DNA of 64,000 bases from Thermoanaerobaculia bacterium (GCA_963837455.1 CAWINM010000001.1:452832-516831), one strand, 5' to 3'; shown: positions 8,952 to 19,672, counted from the stretch's first letter. Notes: generated from the sequence alone by a model not told the origin. Numbers and translations: made by a program.

Positions 8952-9878
8952 ATGCGTTCACCCTGGAGCTGCCTCGCAGCCGTCGCCGCCGGTTTCGTCC
9001 TGGTGACCGGCGTTGCCCGCGCCGGCGATCCCACCACCGACCTGATGGAGAGCATGAGGAAGCTCTCCACGCTCAAGTCCTACAAGGTGCGCGACAGCTT
9101 CAGCTTCGGCGGCCAGATGAGCGCCCAGATGGAGATGCTGAAGTCGATGGGCCTCGGCGACATCCTGCCCAAGGGCGGGACGCAGGAGGTCGTCAACCCC
9201 GACCTGCGACGCACCACCGTGCCGCAGCGGATTCCGAGCCGCAAGGGCGTGATGGGGGCCATGCAGATGATCGAGGCCAACCTCATCATCGTCGTGAAAG
9301 CGCCGCCCGGCGCGCCGCCGAAGGCCGCGACCTTCATCGACTGTGAGGAGTGTGAGCGCAACCAGGACCAGGCCGTCGACGAGGAGCTGGAGCGGCAGGC
9401 CTCCCAGTCCTCCGCGAGCCTCATCCACGAGGTCGTCAACGCTGTCGCCGGGGGCCCCTCGGGGATCGCGGCCGCCATCACCGAGATCGCCGGGAGCCGC
9501 GTCCAGAACCGGCTCGCCCACGCCGAGAACGAGAGGGGCAAGCAGAAGATCTCGCTCAACCGTTGGAAGTGCCGGGATACCGGCGATGCAGCGGAGCCGC
9601 CGCGGACGGGGAACGAGAAGCCCCCCTTCCACGACGTCAAGTACCTCGGCGAGCAGAGCGTCGGCGGCGAGAAGGCCAAGGTCTATCAGTTCAGCGTCGA
9701 CGACGAGAACACCGGCCAGTCCTATCCCATGACCTTCTACAGCTCGGCAGCTACCGGCCTGCCGATGAAGATGGAGCTCCAGGTCGACGTCGGGCAGGGG
9801 ATGACCGGCGGCATGACGATGGAGTACTACGACTTCGACGTACCCATCCAGATCGACGTGCCTGACTGCCTGAAGTGA
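8952..9878 (+). CDS. exported Met-rich hypothetical protein (signal peptide; multiple MxM/MxxM motifs, 4 Cys)
   Basis: ATG at 8952 after GAGGAGAG. Signal peptide MRSPWSCLAAVAAGFVLVTGVARA. Composition is unusual for this genome (Met/Lys/Glu/Gln-rich, locally lower GC). Confidence 0.6.
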   Translation: MRSPWSCLAAVAAGFVLVTGVARAGDPTTDLMESMRKLSTLKSYKVRDSFSFGGQMSAQMEMLKSMGLGDILPKGGTQEVVNPDLRRTTVPQRIPSRKGVMGAMQMIEANLIIVVKAPPGAPPKAATFIDCEECERNQDQAVDEELERQASQSSASLIHEVVNAVAGGPSGIAAAITEIAGSRVQNRLAHAENERGKQKISLNRWKCRDTGDAAEPPRTGNEKPPFHDVKYLGEQSVGGEKAKVYQFSVDDENTGQSYPMTFYSSAATGLPMKMELQVDVGQGMTGGMTMEYYDFDVPIQIDVPDCLK

Positions 9879-11202
9879 ACCGGCCGCCGCGGCGGCGGGC
9901 GCTGGGCGGGGAGGAGCTGCTGCTAGCCCCTCCGCGCCGTCCGCGTTCGTTGAAGTCTTTCCTGCGGCCACGTCCGGAGCGGAAGTTGCCGCGGGAGCTG
10001 CAGCCCGGGCGGGTCGGCCGGCTTGCTCGCGCCCTGCCGCAGGGCGTGCACGATCCCGGCTTCGCTGGCCTGCTGGCGCGCATCGACGGCGACGGATCGG
10101 TCCGGGGTGGCAACCGCGTCACCGTCTACTGCGACGGCGAGGAGGCGACGCGCGCCATGCTCGACGCCATCGCCGCGGCACGCCAGGAAGTGCTGCTCGA
10201 GGCCTACATCTTCACCGACGACTCCACCGGCACGCGCTTCGCCGAGATGCTGACGGCGGCGCGCCGGCGCGGGGTCCACGTCCGCGTGCTCGCCGACGCC
10301 ATCGGCTCCTTCGCCACCGCCGCCGCCTTCTGGCAGCGCATGCAGGAGGACGGCATCGAGGTGCACCTCTTCCACCGGCTCTTCCCCGACCTCTGGTGGC
10401 AGGCGTTCCGCGACCACCGCAAGATCCTCGTCGTCGACCGCGAGGTCGGCTTCACCGGCGGCATGAACATCGCCGACGAGTACTCCTCCTTCTCGCTGCG
10501 CAGGAAGCGCATCGCGCCCGGGGCGATGCGCGACACCCACGTGCGCGTGGAGGGCGGGGTGGCCTGGGAGCTCGCGGCGGTCTTCGCCGAGGGGTGGAGC
10601 GGGCGGGCGGCGAGACCCTGCCGCTGACTCCCGAGCCGCCGGCGCTGGACAGCCCGGTGCGATCCCTGGTGCTCGACTCGCGTCCAGGGCGCGGGCACAT
10701 CGAGACCGCTGCCGCGCTCGCCGCCATCGTCGGCGCCGCCCAGCGCTCGCTCTGGCTCACCAACGCCTACTTCGCCCCCGGCCACGTCGCAGTGGGTATC
10801 CTTTCCCGCGCCGCCGCACGCGGCCTCGACGTGCGCCTGCTGCTCCCCGGCAAGACCGACGTCCCGCTGGTGCGGCACGCCGGCCACGGCTGGTACTCTC
10901 GGCTGCTCGCCAAGGGGGTGAGGATCTTCGAGTACCAGCGCGCGCTGCTGCACGCCAAGACTCTGGTGGCCGATCGCCACGTCGCCGTGGTGGGCTCCAC
11001 CAACCTCGACTTCCGTTCCTTCCAGCTCAACGCCGAGTGCAACGTCGTGCTGCTCGACGACGGAGTGGGCGAGATCCTGGCGCAGGCTTTCGAGCGCGAC
11101 CTCGCCGACAGCCACGAGGTGGACCCCGCGACCTGGAGCCGGCGAGGTACCCTGCACCGGCTGGGCGACCGCCTGGCCGGCGTGCTGACACCGTTCCTCT
11201 GA
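9875..11202 (+). CDS. cls: cardiolipin synthase / phospholipase D family protein (two HKD motifs), interrupted by a frameshift near 10595-10620
   Basis: HKD motif 1 (HRKILVVD) is in the frame starting at 9875. HKD motif 2 (HAKTLVAD) is in the frame of ORF 10396..11202. The two halves are contiguous apart from a 1-nt frame change. GTG start overlaps the upstream stop. Confidence 0.65.
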
Positions 11203-11216
11203 GAGGCTGGAGACCG

Positions 11217-12185
11217 ATGGCCTTCGACCCCGGCAGGATGTCCCTCCCCGAGCTGCGCGAGTGGGTGAGCGCGCGGGGCGGCGGCATCTCGCCGCAGGCG
11301 CTCAAGAAGCTCGCCCGCGATCCGCGCCGCGGGGTGCGGCAGCTCTACGAGACGCTGCGCCGCCGCGCCGAAGAGGAGCGGCAGCGGCGGCTCCACCTCG
11401 ATGCCCTGCTCAACTTCGAGCGCGTGCTCTGGCGCACCGGCGTGCGCTGGATTGCCGGCGTCGACGAGGTCGGGGTGGGGCCGCTCGCCGGCCCGGTGGT
11501 GGCGGCGGCGGTGGTGTTCCCACCCGGCACCGAGATCGAGGGCGTCGACGACAGCAAGCGGCTCGACGCGCCCACCCGCGAGCGGCTGGCGGTGGAGATC
11601 CGCGCCTATGCCGAGGGGATCGGCATCGGCCGCGCCGAGGTCGAGGAGATCGACGCCATCAACATCTACCAGGCGGCGCTGCTGGCGATGCGCCGCGCCA
11701 TCGAAGCGCTGCCGATGGTGCCGCAGCACGTGCTCGTCGACGCACGGGAGGTGCCAGGGCTGGCGATGCCGCAGAACCAGTTCGCCAAGGGCGACGGCAT
11801 CAACTTCTCGATCGCCGCCGCCTCCATCATCGCCAAGACCCACCGCGACGGGCTGATGGCCGAGCTCGACACCGCCTACCCGCTCTACGGCTTCGCGCGC
11901 CACAAGGGGTACGGCACGGCGGAGCACCAGCAGGCGATCCGCCGCCACGGCCCCTGCCCGGTGCACCGCCAGAGCTACGCCTTCCTGCACGAGCTGTGCG
12001 GCGAGCTCTCGGCGGCGTTCTACGCGCTGCAACAGCGGATCGCGGCGGCGCTCGACGGCACCGCCCTCGAGGAGCTGACGCGCGAGCTGCGCGGCCACCG
12101 CGACACCCTTTCCGAGGTCGAGCGCAAGAAGCTCGAGGCCGCCCTCGACCGCCGCTGGCAAGCCCTCGCCGTGGGTCGCGGCTGA
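11217..12185 (+). CDS. rnhB: ribonuclease HII
   Basis: RNase HII catalytic core (GVDEVGVGPLAGPVVAAAVV...DDSKRL...) plus a C-terminal extension. ATG at 11217. Confidence 0.8.
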   Translation: MAFDPGRMSLPELREWVSARGGGISPQALKKLARDPRRGVRQLYETLRRRAEEERQRRLHLDALLNFERVLWRTGVRWIAGVDEVGVGPLAGPVVAAAVVFPPGTEIEGVDDSKRLDAPTRERLAVEIRAYAEGIGIGRAEVEEIDAINIYQAALLAMRRAIEALPMVPQHVLVDAREVPGLAMPQNQFAKGDGINFSIAAASIIAKTHRDGLMAELDTAYPLYGFARHKGYGTAEHQQAIRRHGPCPVHRQSYAFLHELCGELSAAFYALQQRIAAALDGTALEELTRELRGHRDTLSEVERKKLEAALDRRWQALAVGRG

Positions 12186-12187
12186 CC

Positions 12188-13459
12188 ATGGCTGTGGACG
12201 ACACTCCGTTCGGCGCGCTGGTGGCGCCACCGGTGCCGCTGACCAGCGATCCTGCGGCCGACCCGCCGGAGCTGGTGATGCAGCTCGGACGGGCGCTGCA
12301 CACCGCCGGCAGCCCGGCACACCGCATCGAGGAGGGGATGGAGGCGGCGGCGCGACGGCTGGGGCTCGCCGGCCAGTTCTTCTCCACCCCCACCGCCCTC
12401 TTCGCCTCCTTCGCAGACGAGCACGGCACGCGCCGCACCATCCTCGAGCGGGTGCAACCGGGGGAGGTCAACCTCGAGCGGATGTCCGATCTCGACGACC
12501 TCCTCTTCCACCTCTCCGCCGGCGACCTCGGCCCACGCCAGGCGGCGGCACGCCTGCGCGAGCTCGCCGGCAGCGGGACGCGCTACGGCCCGGCGCTCAC
12601 CACCGCCTCCTTCGCCCTCGCCTCGGGAGCGGCGGCACAGCTGCTGGGCGGTGGGCTGCGCGAGGTGGTGGCGGCCACGGCGGTGGGGCTGCTCATCGGC
12701 GGCCTCGCCTCGCTGGCGGCGCGGGCCACCGCCGTCGGCAGGCTGTTCGAGCCGCTGGCGGCCCTGCTCGCCTCGCTCGTCGCCACCCTCGCCGCCGCCG
12801 CCTGGCCGCCGCTCTCCACCTTCCTCGTCACCCTCGCCGGGCTCATCGTGCTGGTCCCCGGGCTGACTCTGACGGTGGCGATCAGCGAGCTCGCCAGCCG
12901 CCAGCTGGTCTCCGGCAGCTCTCGTCTCGCCGGCGCCGTCGCCCTCTTCTTCGCCATCGCACTGGGGGTGGCGGTGGGAGCGCAGCTGGGGGCGAAGCTT
13001 GCCGGAGCCAACCCGCCCGCGGTCGAGCCGGCGGCGCTCGGCGAGCCCTGGCGCTGGGGAGCGCTGGTGGCGGCCGGCCTCTCCTTCACCGTGCTCCTGC
13101 GCGCGCGGCCGCGCGATGCCGGCTGGGTGGTGCTCGCCGGCCTCCTCGCCATCGAGGGCGTCCGCCTCGGCGCCGGCGTGTTGGGGCCGCAGCTCGGGGC
13201 CTTCGTCGGAGCGCTGCTGGTGGGGCTCGGCGCCAACCTTTTCGCCCGCCTGCGGCGGCGCCCGGCGGCGGTGATGCAGGTGCCCGGCCTCATCCTGCTG
13301 GTGCCGGGCAGCCTGGGCTTCCGCAGCCTCGCGGCGCTGCTCGAGCGCGACGTGCTGGCGGGAGTGCAGACGGCGTTCGCCACCACCCTGGTGGCGATCG
13401 CGCTGGCCACCGGGATCCTGCTCGCCAACGTCGTCCTGCCGCCGCGACGGCTGCTCTAG
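12188..13459 (+). CDS. threonine/serine exporter (ThrE) family membrane protein
   Basis: N-terminal DUF1212-like region followed by about 10 TM helices. The start overlaps the rnhB stop (TGAccATG). Confidence 0.75.
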   Translation: MAVDDTPFGALVAPPVPLTSDPAADPPELVMQLGRALHTAGSPAHRIEEGMEAAARRLGLAGQFFSTPTALFASFADEHGTRRTILERVQPGEVNLERMSDLDDLLFHLSAGDLGPRQAAARLRELAGSGTRYGPALTTASFALASGAAAQLLGGGLREVVAATAVGLLIGGLASLAARATAVGRLFEPLAALLASLVATLAAAAWPPLSTFLVTLAGLIVLVPGLTLTVAISELASRQLVSGSSRLAGAVALFFAIALGVAVGAQLGAKLAGANPPAVEPAALGEPWRWGALVAAGLSFTVLLRARPRDAGWVVLAGLLAIEGVRLGAGVLGPQLGAFVGALLVGLGANLFARLRRRPAAVMQVPGLILLVPGSLGFRSLAALLERDVLAGVQTAFATTLVAIALATGILLANVVLPPRRLL

Positions 13460-13717
13460 GAGGAGCGGAGACTCCCGCGGGTCGCCTTGGGGGCGCTCGG
13501 GGCCGGCGGCAAGGCGCGCGACCGAGCCTTCGCGTGGCGCAGGGAGCGCAACGCCGCAGACGGATCAAGGCCGAGACCGGCCGCTGAGCTCGCCGCCGGC
13601 GGCGAAGACGGTGCGGCGGCGGCGCCGCTCCCTCTTCTCATCCGGGCGGTCGCGGCTACACCCGGATCCGCGGCGCGGACCTCACGGCCGTACAATCTGG
13701 ACCAGGAGCCCCTGGCC

Positions 13718-15490
13718 ATGCCTCAGCGACCCACCCCAGCAGCCATCCCGCGCGCCTCGGCCTCGTTACCGCGAAGCGCTGCCGCCAGCACGGTGCCACC
13801 ACTCCCACCGCGCCTCCGCCTGGCGCCCGCCCTCGCCGCGGCGCTGCTCGTGCTGCTCTCCGCCTGTGCCGGTGCCCAACAGCCGCACGCCATGGTCGAT
13901 GCCGCCGCGGCGCCCGCGGGCAACGTCGCCACGCGCGCCCGCCGGCCCCCGGCGTCGTCGGACTGGCTCCGCGGCGCCGTCGTCTACGAGCTGTTCGTGC
14001 GCAGCTTCCGCGACGCCGACGGCGACGGGGTCGGCGACCTCCGCGGCCTCACCGCACGGCTCGACTACCTCAACGATGGCAAGCCAGGTGGCGACGACCT
14101 CGGGGTCGACGCGCTGTGGCTGATGCCGGTCTTCGCGTCGCCGAGCTACCACGGCTACGACACCACGGACTACGAGCACGTCAACGATGCCTACGGCAGC
14201 GAGGCAGACTTCGATGCCTTCCTCGCCGCCGCCCACGCGCGCGGCATGCGGGTGATCCTCGACCTGGTGCTCAACCACACCAGCGACCAGCACCCGTGGT
14301 TCGTCGACTCCGCGAGCGGCTGGGGGGCGGCGCGGCGCCAGTGGTACGTGTGGCGCGGCGACGACCCGGGGTGGACGCAGCCCTGGGGCGGCAGCAACCA
14401 CACCTGGCACCCGCGCAACGGCGCCTTCTACTACGGCATCTTCTGGTCGGGGATGCCCGATCTCAACTACGCCAACCCAGAGGTGCGCGCGGAGATGGAG
14501 CGGGTGGCCGCGCGCTGGCTGTCGCGCGGCGTCGACGGCTTCCGTCTCGACGCCGCCCGCCACCTCTTCGCCGATGGGCCTGGCGAGCTGCAGAACGACC
14601 GCCCCGCCACCCACGACATGCTGCGCGAGCTCGCCGCCAAGGTGCGCCAGGCCAAGCCCGATGGGGTGCTGGTCGGCGAGAGCTGGACCGAGATGCCGAT
14701 CATCGCCAGCTACTACGGCAGCCACGCCGTCCCCGTCCCCGACGAGCTGACCAGCTGCTTCGACTTCCCGCTCGCCGAGCAGATCCTCGCCGGCGTGCGC
14801 GACGGGGACGCCGCCGGCATCGCCGCCAAGATCGCCGAGGTGCAGCGCCTCTACCCGCCGGGCGCCGTCGACGCCCCGTTCCTCACCAACCACGACCAGG
14901 TGCGGGTGGCGACGCAGCTCGCTGGCGACCCCGGCAGGCTACGGGCCGCTGCCGCCGTCCTGCTCACGCTCCCCGGCGCGCCGTTCCTCTACTACGGCGA
15001 GGAGCTGGGCATGGAGAACGGCCCCGGCAGCGGCGACGAGGCCAAGCGCACGCCGATGCCATGGGACGCCTCGCCCGATGGCGGATTCACCACCGCCACG
15101 CCGTGGTACCCGTTCGGCCCCGGTCACGAAGCGGTGAACGTGGCGGCCGAGCGGCACGACCCGGCGTCGCTGCTCGCCTGGTACCGGCGGCTCATCGCCG
15201 CCCGCCACGGCTCGGCGGCGCTGCGCCAAGGCGACCTGCGGCTGCTCCCCGCGGGAAGCCAACCGGCGGCGCTGCTCGGTTTCCTGCGCCGCAGCGGCAA
15301 GGAGACCGTGCTGGTGCTGCACAACCTCGGCGGCGAGCCCCTCACCAGCGAGCCGCTCCCGTATACACCGCGCCAGCTGCGGCGGCCGCTGCTCGAGAGC
15401 GATGGCGCCAGCGTGGTGGCGGAAGGCAAGGGACGCCAGGCCCGCGTCGCGTTGCCCGCTTACGGCTCCGCGATCCTCCGCGTCCAGTAA
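13718..15490 (+). CDS. GH13 alpha-amylase family glycoside hydrolase, lipoprotein
   Basis: Lipobox LLSACAG. GH13 catalytic motifs ([20 protein letters not shown]). AGGAG RBS 7 nt upstream. Confidence 0.85.
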   Translation: MPQRPTPAAIPRASASLPRSAAASTVPPLPPRLRLAPALAAALLVLLSACAGAQQPHAMVDAAAAPAGNVATRARRPPASSDWLRGAVVYELFVRSFRDADGDGVGDLRGLTARLDYLNDGKPGGDDLGVDALWLMPVFASPSYHGYDTTDYEHVNDAYGSEADFDAFLAAAHARGMRVILDLVLNHTSDQHPWFVDSASGWGAARRQWYVWRGDDPGWTQPWGGSNHTWHPRNGAFYYGIFWSGMPDLNYANPEVRAEMERVAARWLSRGVDGFRLDAARHLFADGPGELQNDRPATHDMLRELAAKVRQAKPDGVLVGESWTEMPIIASYYGSHAVPVPDELTSCFDFPLAEQILAGVRDGDAAGIAAKIAEVQRLYPPGAVDAPFLTNHDQVRVATQLAGDPGRLRAAAAVLLTLPGAPFLYYGEELGMENGPGSGDEAKRTPMPWDASPDGGFTTATPWYPFGPGHEAVNVAAERHDPASLLAWYRRLIAARHGSAALRQGDLRLLPAGSQPAALLGFLRRSGKETVLVLHNLGGEPLTSEPLPYTPRQLRRPLLESDGASVVAEGKGRQARVALPAYGSAILRVQ

Positions 15491-15500
15491 CTACGGGCCC

Positions 15501-15532
15501 CTGCGCACCGCCCGCTCACGGGCGGTGCGCAG
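15501..15532. terminator. bidirectional intrinsic terminator hairpin between convergent genes (CTGCGCACCGCCCG-ctca-CGGGCGGTGCGCAG)
   Basis: Perfect 14-bp stem with a 4-nt loop, located exactly between the amylase stop (15490) and the stop of the minus-strand gene (15558). Confidence 0.5.
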
Positions 15533-15557
15533 GCTCACCAGGAGAGGGCGCGGCCGG

Positions 15558-16550
15558 CTACGGCTTGGCCGGCTCTGCGGCCCGCTGCGACGGCACCACG
15601 CCCGGCAGCCGCACCGGTCGCTGGTCGTGCCGGCTGTAGTCGGCGAGCAGCCGCTCCTGGGTCGTCCCCGGCGGCGCGATGAGGTCGACGATCGGCGGCT
15701 GCAGGGCATCGTCCTCGCGCCCGCCGCCGAGCGTCTCGCGCGGACGACCCGCCGCCACCGGCAGGATCAGCAGCCGCTCCTCCTGCGAGTTGGCGACGCC
15801 CAGCATCCCCCCGAGGTCGACGTTCTGCTGCAAGTCGGCGGCGGAGACCAACACCACGTAAGCCCAGTCGGAGCTCGGCGGTCCGCCGAGGAAGGAATCG
15901 GGCACGAAGAAGTCGATCTCGCGGCCACGCACGCGCGTCTCGTTGGGGAAGAAGACGTGACGCTCGACGTCGTCGGGGATGGAGAGGATCATGGCGTCGG
16001 CTTCCTGGTCGGTGAAGCGCGACGTGTCCTTCTTCATCTCCTGCTTGAGCGCTCGCATCATGCTGCGCTTGAGCTCGCTGCGGGCGTAGAAGGGGCGGGG
16101 CGTGAGCACCACCGCACGGTCCCACGCGAAGTCGGGGGCGATCTCCACGCGGCGACCCGGCAGCGTGCGCGTGCCGCCGGAGCCGGGCTTGCGGTCCATG
16201 TCGATGTAGACGTCGATGTTGAAGGTGTAGAAGCCGTTCTTGGCGACGTCGTCGAGCTGAGTGCCGATGGCGTCGATGGCGCGCCGCTCGGGCCGGCGGA
16301 CCGGCCGTGCGAAGGTCGCCGCGAACCAGGTCCCGCCGTCGCCCCGGCTGGCGCTGAGCGACAGCAGGTCGAGCTCGCCCTTGGCGTAGTCGGAGTTGTC
16401 GGGGTAGACGAGGTCGCCACTCCCGTGATCGTCGCCGCGCGGGTCGGTGAGCTCGAAGAGCGGGCGGTCCCGTGCCAGCGCGGCAAGCGGGCCGAGGAGG
16501 AGGGCGGCGCCGAGAATCGCCAGCGGCTGGCGGATCGTTGCGGGCGTCAT
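15558..16550 (-). CDS. secreted protein, paralogue A of a pair flanking the large OM beta-barrel (possible carbohydrate-binding / glucodextranase-C-like domain)
   Basis: Signal peptide, then a conserved block DPRGDDHGSGDLVYPDNSDYAKGELDLLSL shared with 18848..19672. AGGAG RBS. Confidence 0.6.
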   Translation of the reverse strand: MTPATIRQPLAILGAALLLGPLAALARDRPLFELTDPRGDDHGSGDLVYPDNSDYAKGELDLLSLSASRGDGGTWFAATFARPVRRPERRAIDAIGTQLDDVAKNGFYTFNIDVYIDMDRKPGSGGTRTLPGRRVEIAPDFAWDRAVVLTPRPFYARSELKRSMMRALKQEMKKDTSRFTDQEADAMILSIPDDVERHVFFPNETRVRGREIDFFVPDSFLGGPPSSDWAYVVLVSAADLQQNVDLGGMLGVANSQEERLLILPVAAGRPRETLGGGREDDALQPPIVDLIAPPGTTQERLLADYSRHDQRPVRLPGVVPSQRAAEPAKP

Positions 16551-16626
16551 TGCAGGCTCCTGCAGGTGTGGGGCGATGCCCGGCGCCGACGCGGGAGCGT
16601 GGCGACGCCGGGCACCCGGAATGGCG

Positions 16627-18818
16627 TCAGAAGACGATCTTCATGAACGTCTTGATGCGCTGCTGCGTGAAGTCGCGGGTCGACAAGCTGTTCCAGCCGC
16701 CGAAGCGACCGCGAAAACCGAGCGAGCCGACCGGCACGCCGAAGTCGTTGTGGATCGACTCGTCGGCCACCTGCGGCACGAACCCGCCGCCGAAGCTGGG
16801 GTCGAAGCTGCCCGAGTTGTACTCGTAGCTGAAGCCGAACTCGGCGCCGCCCAGCACGTAGTGGGCGCTCACGATGACCTTGTCCTTGGTGGTCTGGCCG
16901 GCGGCCATGCTGTGCAGCTGGTAGGCCTGGAAGGCGGTGTTGCCGTCCTCGAGGTCGACGTCGTAGCGCTCGAAGGTCAGCGACGCATAAAGGTTGTCGG
17001 TGACCTGGTAGCCGGTGCCCAGCTGGTACAGCTTGTAGCTCATGTCCTCGTCGTCGTCGGTGACGCTGTCGAACGGCTTCCACTGGTAGCCGGTGACGCC
17101 GTTGACGGTGATCACCGGCGGGTTGCCGTACAGGGACGCCGTCGAGAAGTCGCCAGAGTAGTTGTTGACGTCGTTGTGGCAGGCAGCGCCGCCACCGGGG
17201 CAGTCACCGGGCTTGTAGGGCAGGAAGCGGGCGTCGGTCATCCGCTTGTCGGTCTCGTCGATCCACTTGAGCTTGCCGAAGACGTCGACGCCGCGGCCGA
17301 TGTCGAGCACGTACTTGCCGCGCAGCACGGCGATCTTCGTCTTCTTGTCCTGGAACGGCGCGTAGGCGTTGCGGAACGAGCCGATGCCGGCATCGGACTC
17401 GAAGTTGGGGTAGATCGAGTTGTCGATGGCGCGGCTGGTGTCGCCCCAGGCTTGCCAGTTGGTGTTGTAGTCGATCCAGGTGTACTCGCCCGAGAGGTTG
17501 AGGTCGCCGAGCGTCCAGTTGGGGGCGACGGTGAAGCCCTTCCAGCCGATCACCGTCTCCGCCATCGGCTCGTCGAAGTCGGTGAACTCGTTGTCGACGT
17601 TGACCGTCGCCACCTGCTGCGCGGTACCCTGCCAGCCCCCCCAGCCGATGCGGGTGGGGTTGCCGGGGAAGACGCCGAAGGACGCGTTGTCCGGTCCCGG
17701 GAAGGCGAAGGCGCCGTCGTGGCCCTCGGTGAGCAGCACGTCGGACTCGCGCCGCGCCGCCAGGATCGAGCTGTACTGGGCGCCGATGTCGAAGTACTCG
17801 AGGTTGAACGACAGCCCGGCGCCGAAGGGGTCGTTGACGTCGACGTCCGCCTTGTAGGAGTGGTCGTCGACCTTGCCGACCAGGGCGGGCGAGAAGCCCG
17901 AGAGACCGAAGCCGCCGGGCAGGCTGGGGTCGACCTTGCGGTTGGCGTCCGCCGAGGACCAGTAGGCCTGGCCGCGGACGTCGACCATGGCGTTGGGGTG
18001 GACCCCGAAGCGCACCCCCCAGACGTCGTTCTCGAAGCGATACGCGATGTCGGTGCCATTGTCGCGATTGACGTCGGTGACGTCGAGCTCCTCGTCGCGC
18101 ACGCGGTCGTAGATCGCCGAGGCGTCGAACAGCGGTGACGCGGCGAGCTTGAGCTGCAGCGCGTAGGCCTGGTCGGCCGCCGTGTAGCTGCCGGTGTTGA
18201 AGTTGGGCCCCGCGAACAGCCGCGGCAACGAGATGCGGGCGAAGTCGTAGCTCAGCTGCTTGCCGAGGCGGCCCTGGAAGAGGATGGCGCTGGCGTTGTC
18301 ACGGTCGATGTAGCGGATCTTGCCGATGGTGAAGGGGTCGAACATCCCCAGGTCCGAGGAGCCGATGGTGGCGGCGTCGAGCAGCTTGAAGCCCGGGGTG
18401 ACGCGGACGGTCATTCCCCGCAGCTTGATGTACTGGTTCGAGCGCGGGTCGAACTCGCCGCAGTCGCCGCCGATGCAGGGGCCGCTGGTGGACCCGCCGA
18501 AGCCGCCGTAGTTGGTCCACTGGTTCTGGTTGAAGCGTGACTTGATGCGCCCCGAGACCTCGATGTACTTCGACGGCCGCGAGGCGAGCAGCAGCTCGAG
18601 CTCGTCCCCTGGCCGTTGTCGCCGTACCCCTCCCCGGGGACGGTGGTGAAGTTGTAGACGCTGCCATCGGTGCGCTGGGTGCCCCACAGCCACTTGGTGT
18701 AGGTGACGCCGGTGATCACCAGTCGTTGCGGCCCCTGCGCGCCTGCCGCTGCCGGCAGCAGCAGGGCGGCGACCAGCGTCGCCGCCAGGGCCAGTCTTGC
18801 GTTCCATCGCATCGCCAT
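16627..18818 (-). CDS. large outer-membrane beta-barrel protein (about 730 aa, C-terminal ...MKIVF), one frameshift near 18613
   Basis: Signal peptide MAMRWNARLALAATLVAALLLPAAAGAQ in ORF 18411..18911. The body is in ORF 16627..18807. The junction NGQG|DELELL needs one extra G in a G-run. Alternating aromatic/hydrophilic beta-strand pattern and terminal Phe. Confidence 0.65.
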
Positions 18819-18847
18819 GTCCCTCCGACGGTAGGCGCTCGCGCGCC

Positions 18848-19672
18848 CTACCCTTGTTTGCGGACCATGGTCAGGGTGGCCATGGTCTTCGCCGTGCCGT
18901 CCGGATTGCACTCGTACTTCAACATGTCGTGCTGCGCCTGCACCTCGCCCGCCGAGCCCTCGGCCGGCGGCGCCAGGATGTCCATGGCGTGCGGATCGCA
19001 GTCACCGTCGTTGCCGCCGCCGAAGCGGTGCTGGCCTTCATACTCGTTGACCTTGCGGGTGAGCAGGTCGTTGCCGGCCGGGAACCCCTCGTTGGACTGC
19101 ATGATGACCTGGTAGCCCCAGGTGGCGGGGTCGCCACCGCCCAGCGCCGCGAGGTCGACCGTGGCGCTGATGGTGCGCCCTGCCCCGCGGGTGCGGGTCG
19201 GCACCACGATCGCCGACTTCATCGCCGCCGCCTTCTGATCGATCTCGTTGTTGACCCGCCCCAGCGGCTGCGGCGAGAGGATCACCAGGCGATCCCAAGC
19301 GTCGGCCGGCGCGAAGGCGACGTTGAGGCCCGGAGGAGCGCCGGTGGAACCGCTGCCCTCCTTGTGGTCGGTGTCGATGAAGACGAACACCATTTGCACC
19401 GAGAAGCCCACTCCCATCCGCCAGGGGTCCTCTAGCGTGCTGTTGGTGGTCACCGCGAAGGTGACCTTGTCCCCCTTGGTCGTGACGTCGAGGCTAACGA
19501 GGTCGAACGACCCCGCCTTGTACACGCCGTCGGTGGGATAGGTGTAGTTGCCCGGCCCGTTGTCGTCGCCGACCGGGTCCTTGAAGGTGATCGACTGCGC
19601 CCACAGGGTACCGGCGGCCAGGGCGCCGACCCAGGCCACCGCTCCCACTCTCCACCATGTCGACCGTCGCAT
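18848..19672 (-). CDS. secreted protein, paralogue B (shares N-terminal DPxGDDxGPGxYxYP...DLxSL motif with 15558..16550)
   Basis: Preferred start is MRRSTWW at 19672, after AAGGAGG. Signal peptide. Shares the DPVGDDNGPGNYTYPTDGVYKAGSFDLVSLDV block and a C-terminal D(I/L)LAPP motif with paralogue A. Confidence 0.6.
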   Translation of the reverse strand: MRRSTWWRVGAVAWVGALAAGTLWAQSITFKDPVGDDNGPGNYTYPTDGVYKAGSFDLVSLDVTTKGDKVTFAVTTNSTLEDPWRMGVGFSVQMVFVFIDTDHKEGSGSTGAPPGLNVAFAPADAWDRLVILSPQPLGRVNNEIDQKAAAMKSAIVVPTRTRGAGRTISATVDLAALGGGDPATWGYQVIMQSNEGFPAGNDLLTRKVNEYEGQHRFGGGNDGDCDPHAMDILAPPAEGSAGEVQAQHDMLKYECNPDGTAKTMATLTMVRKQG

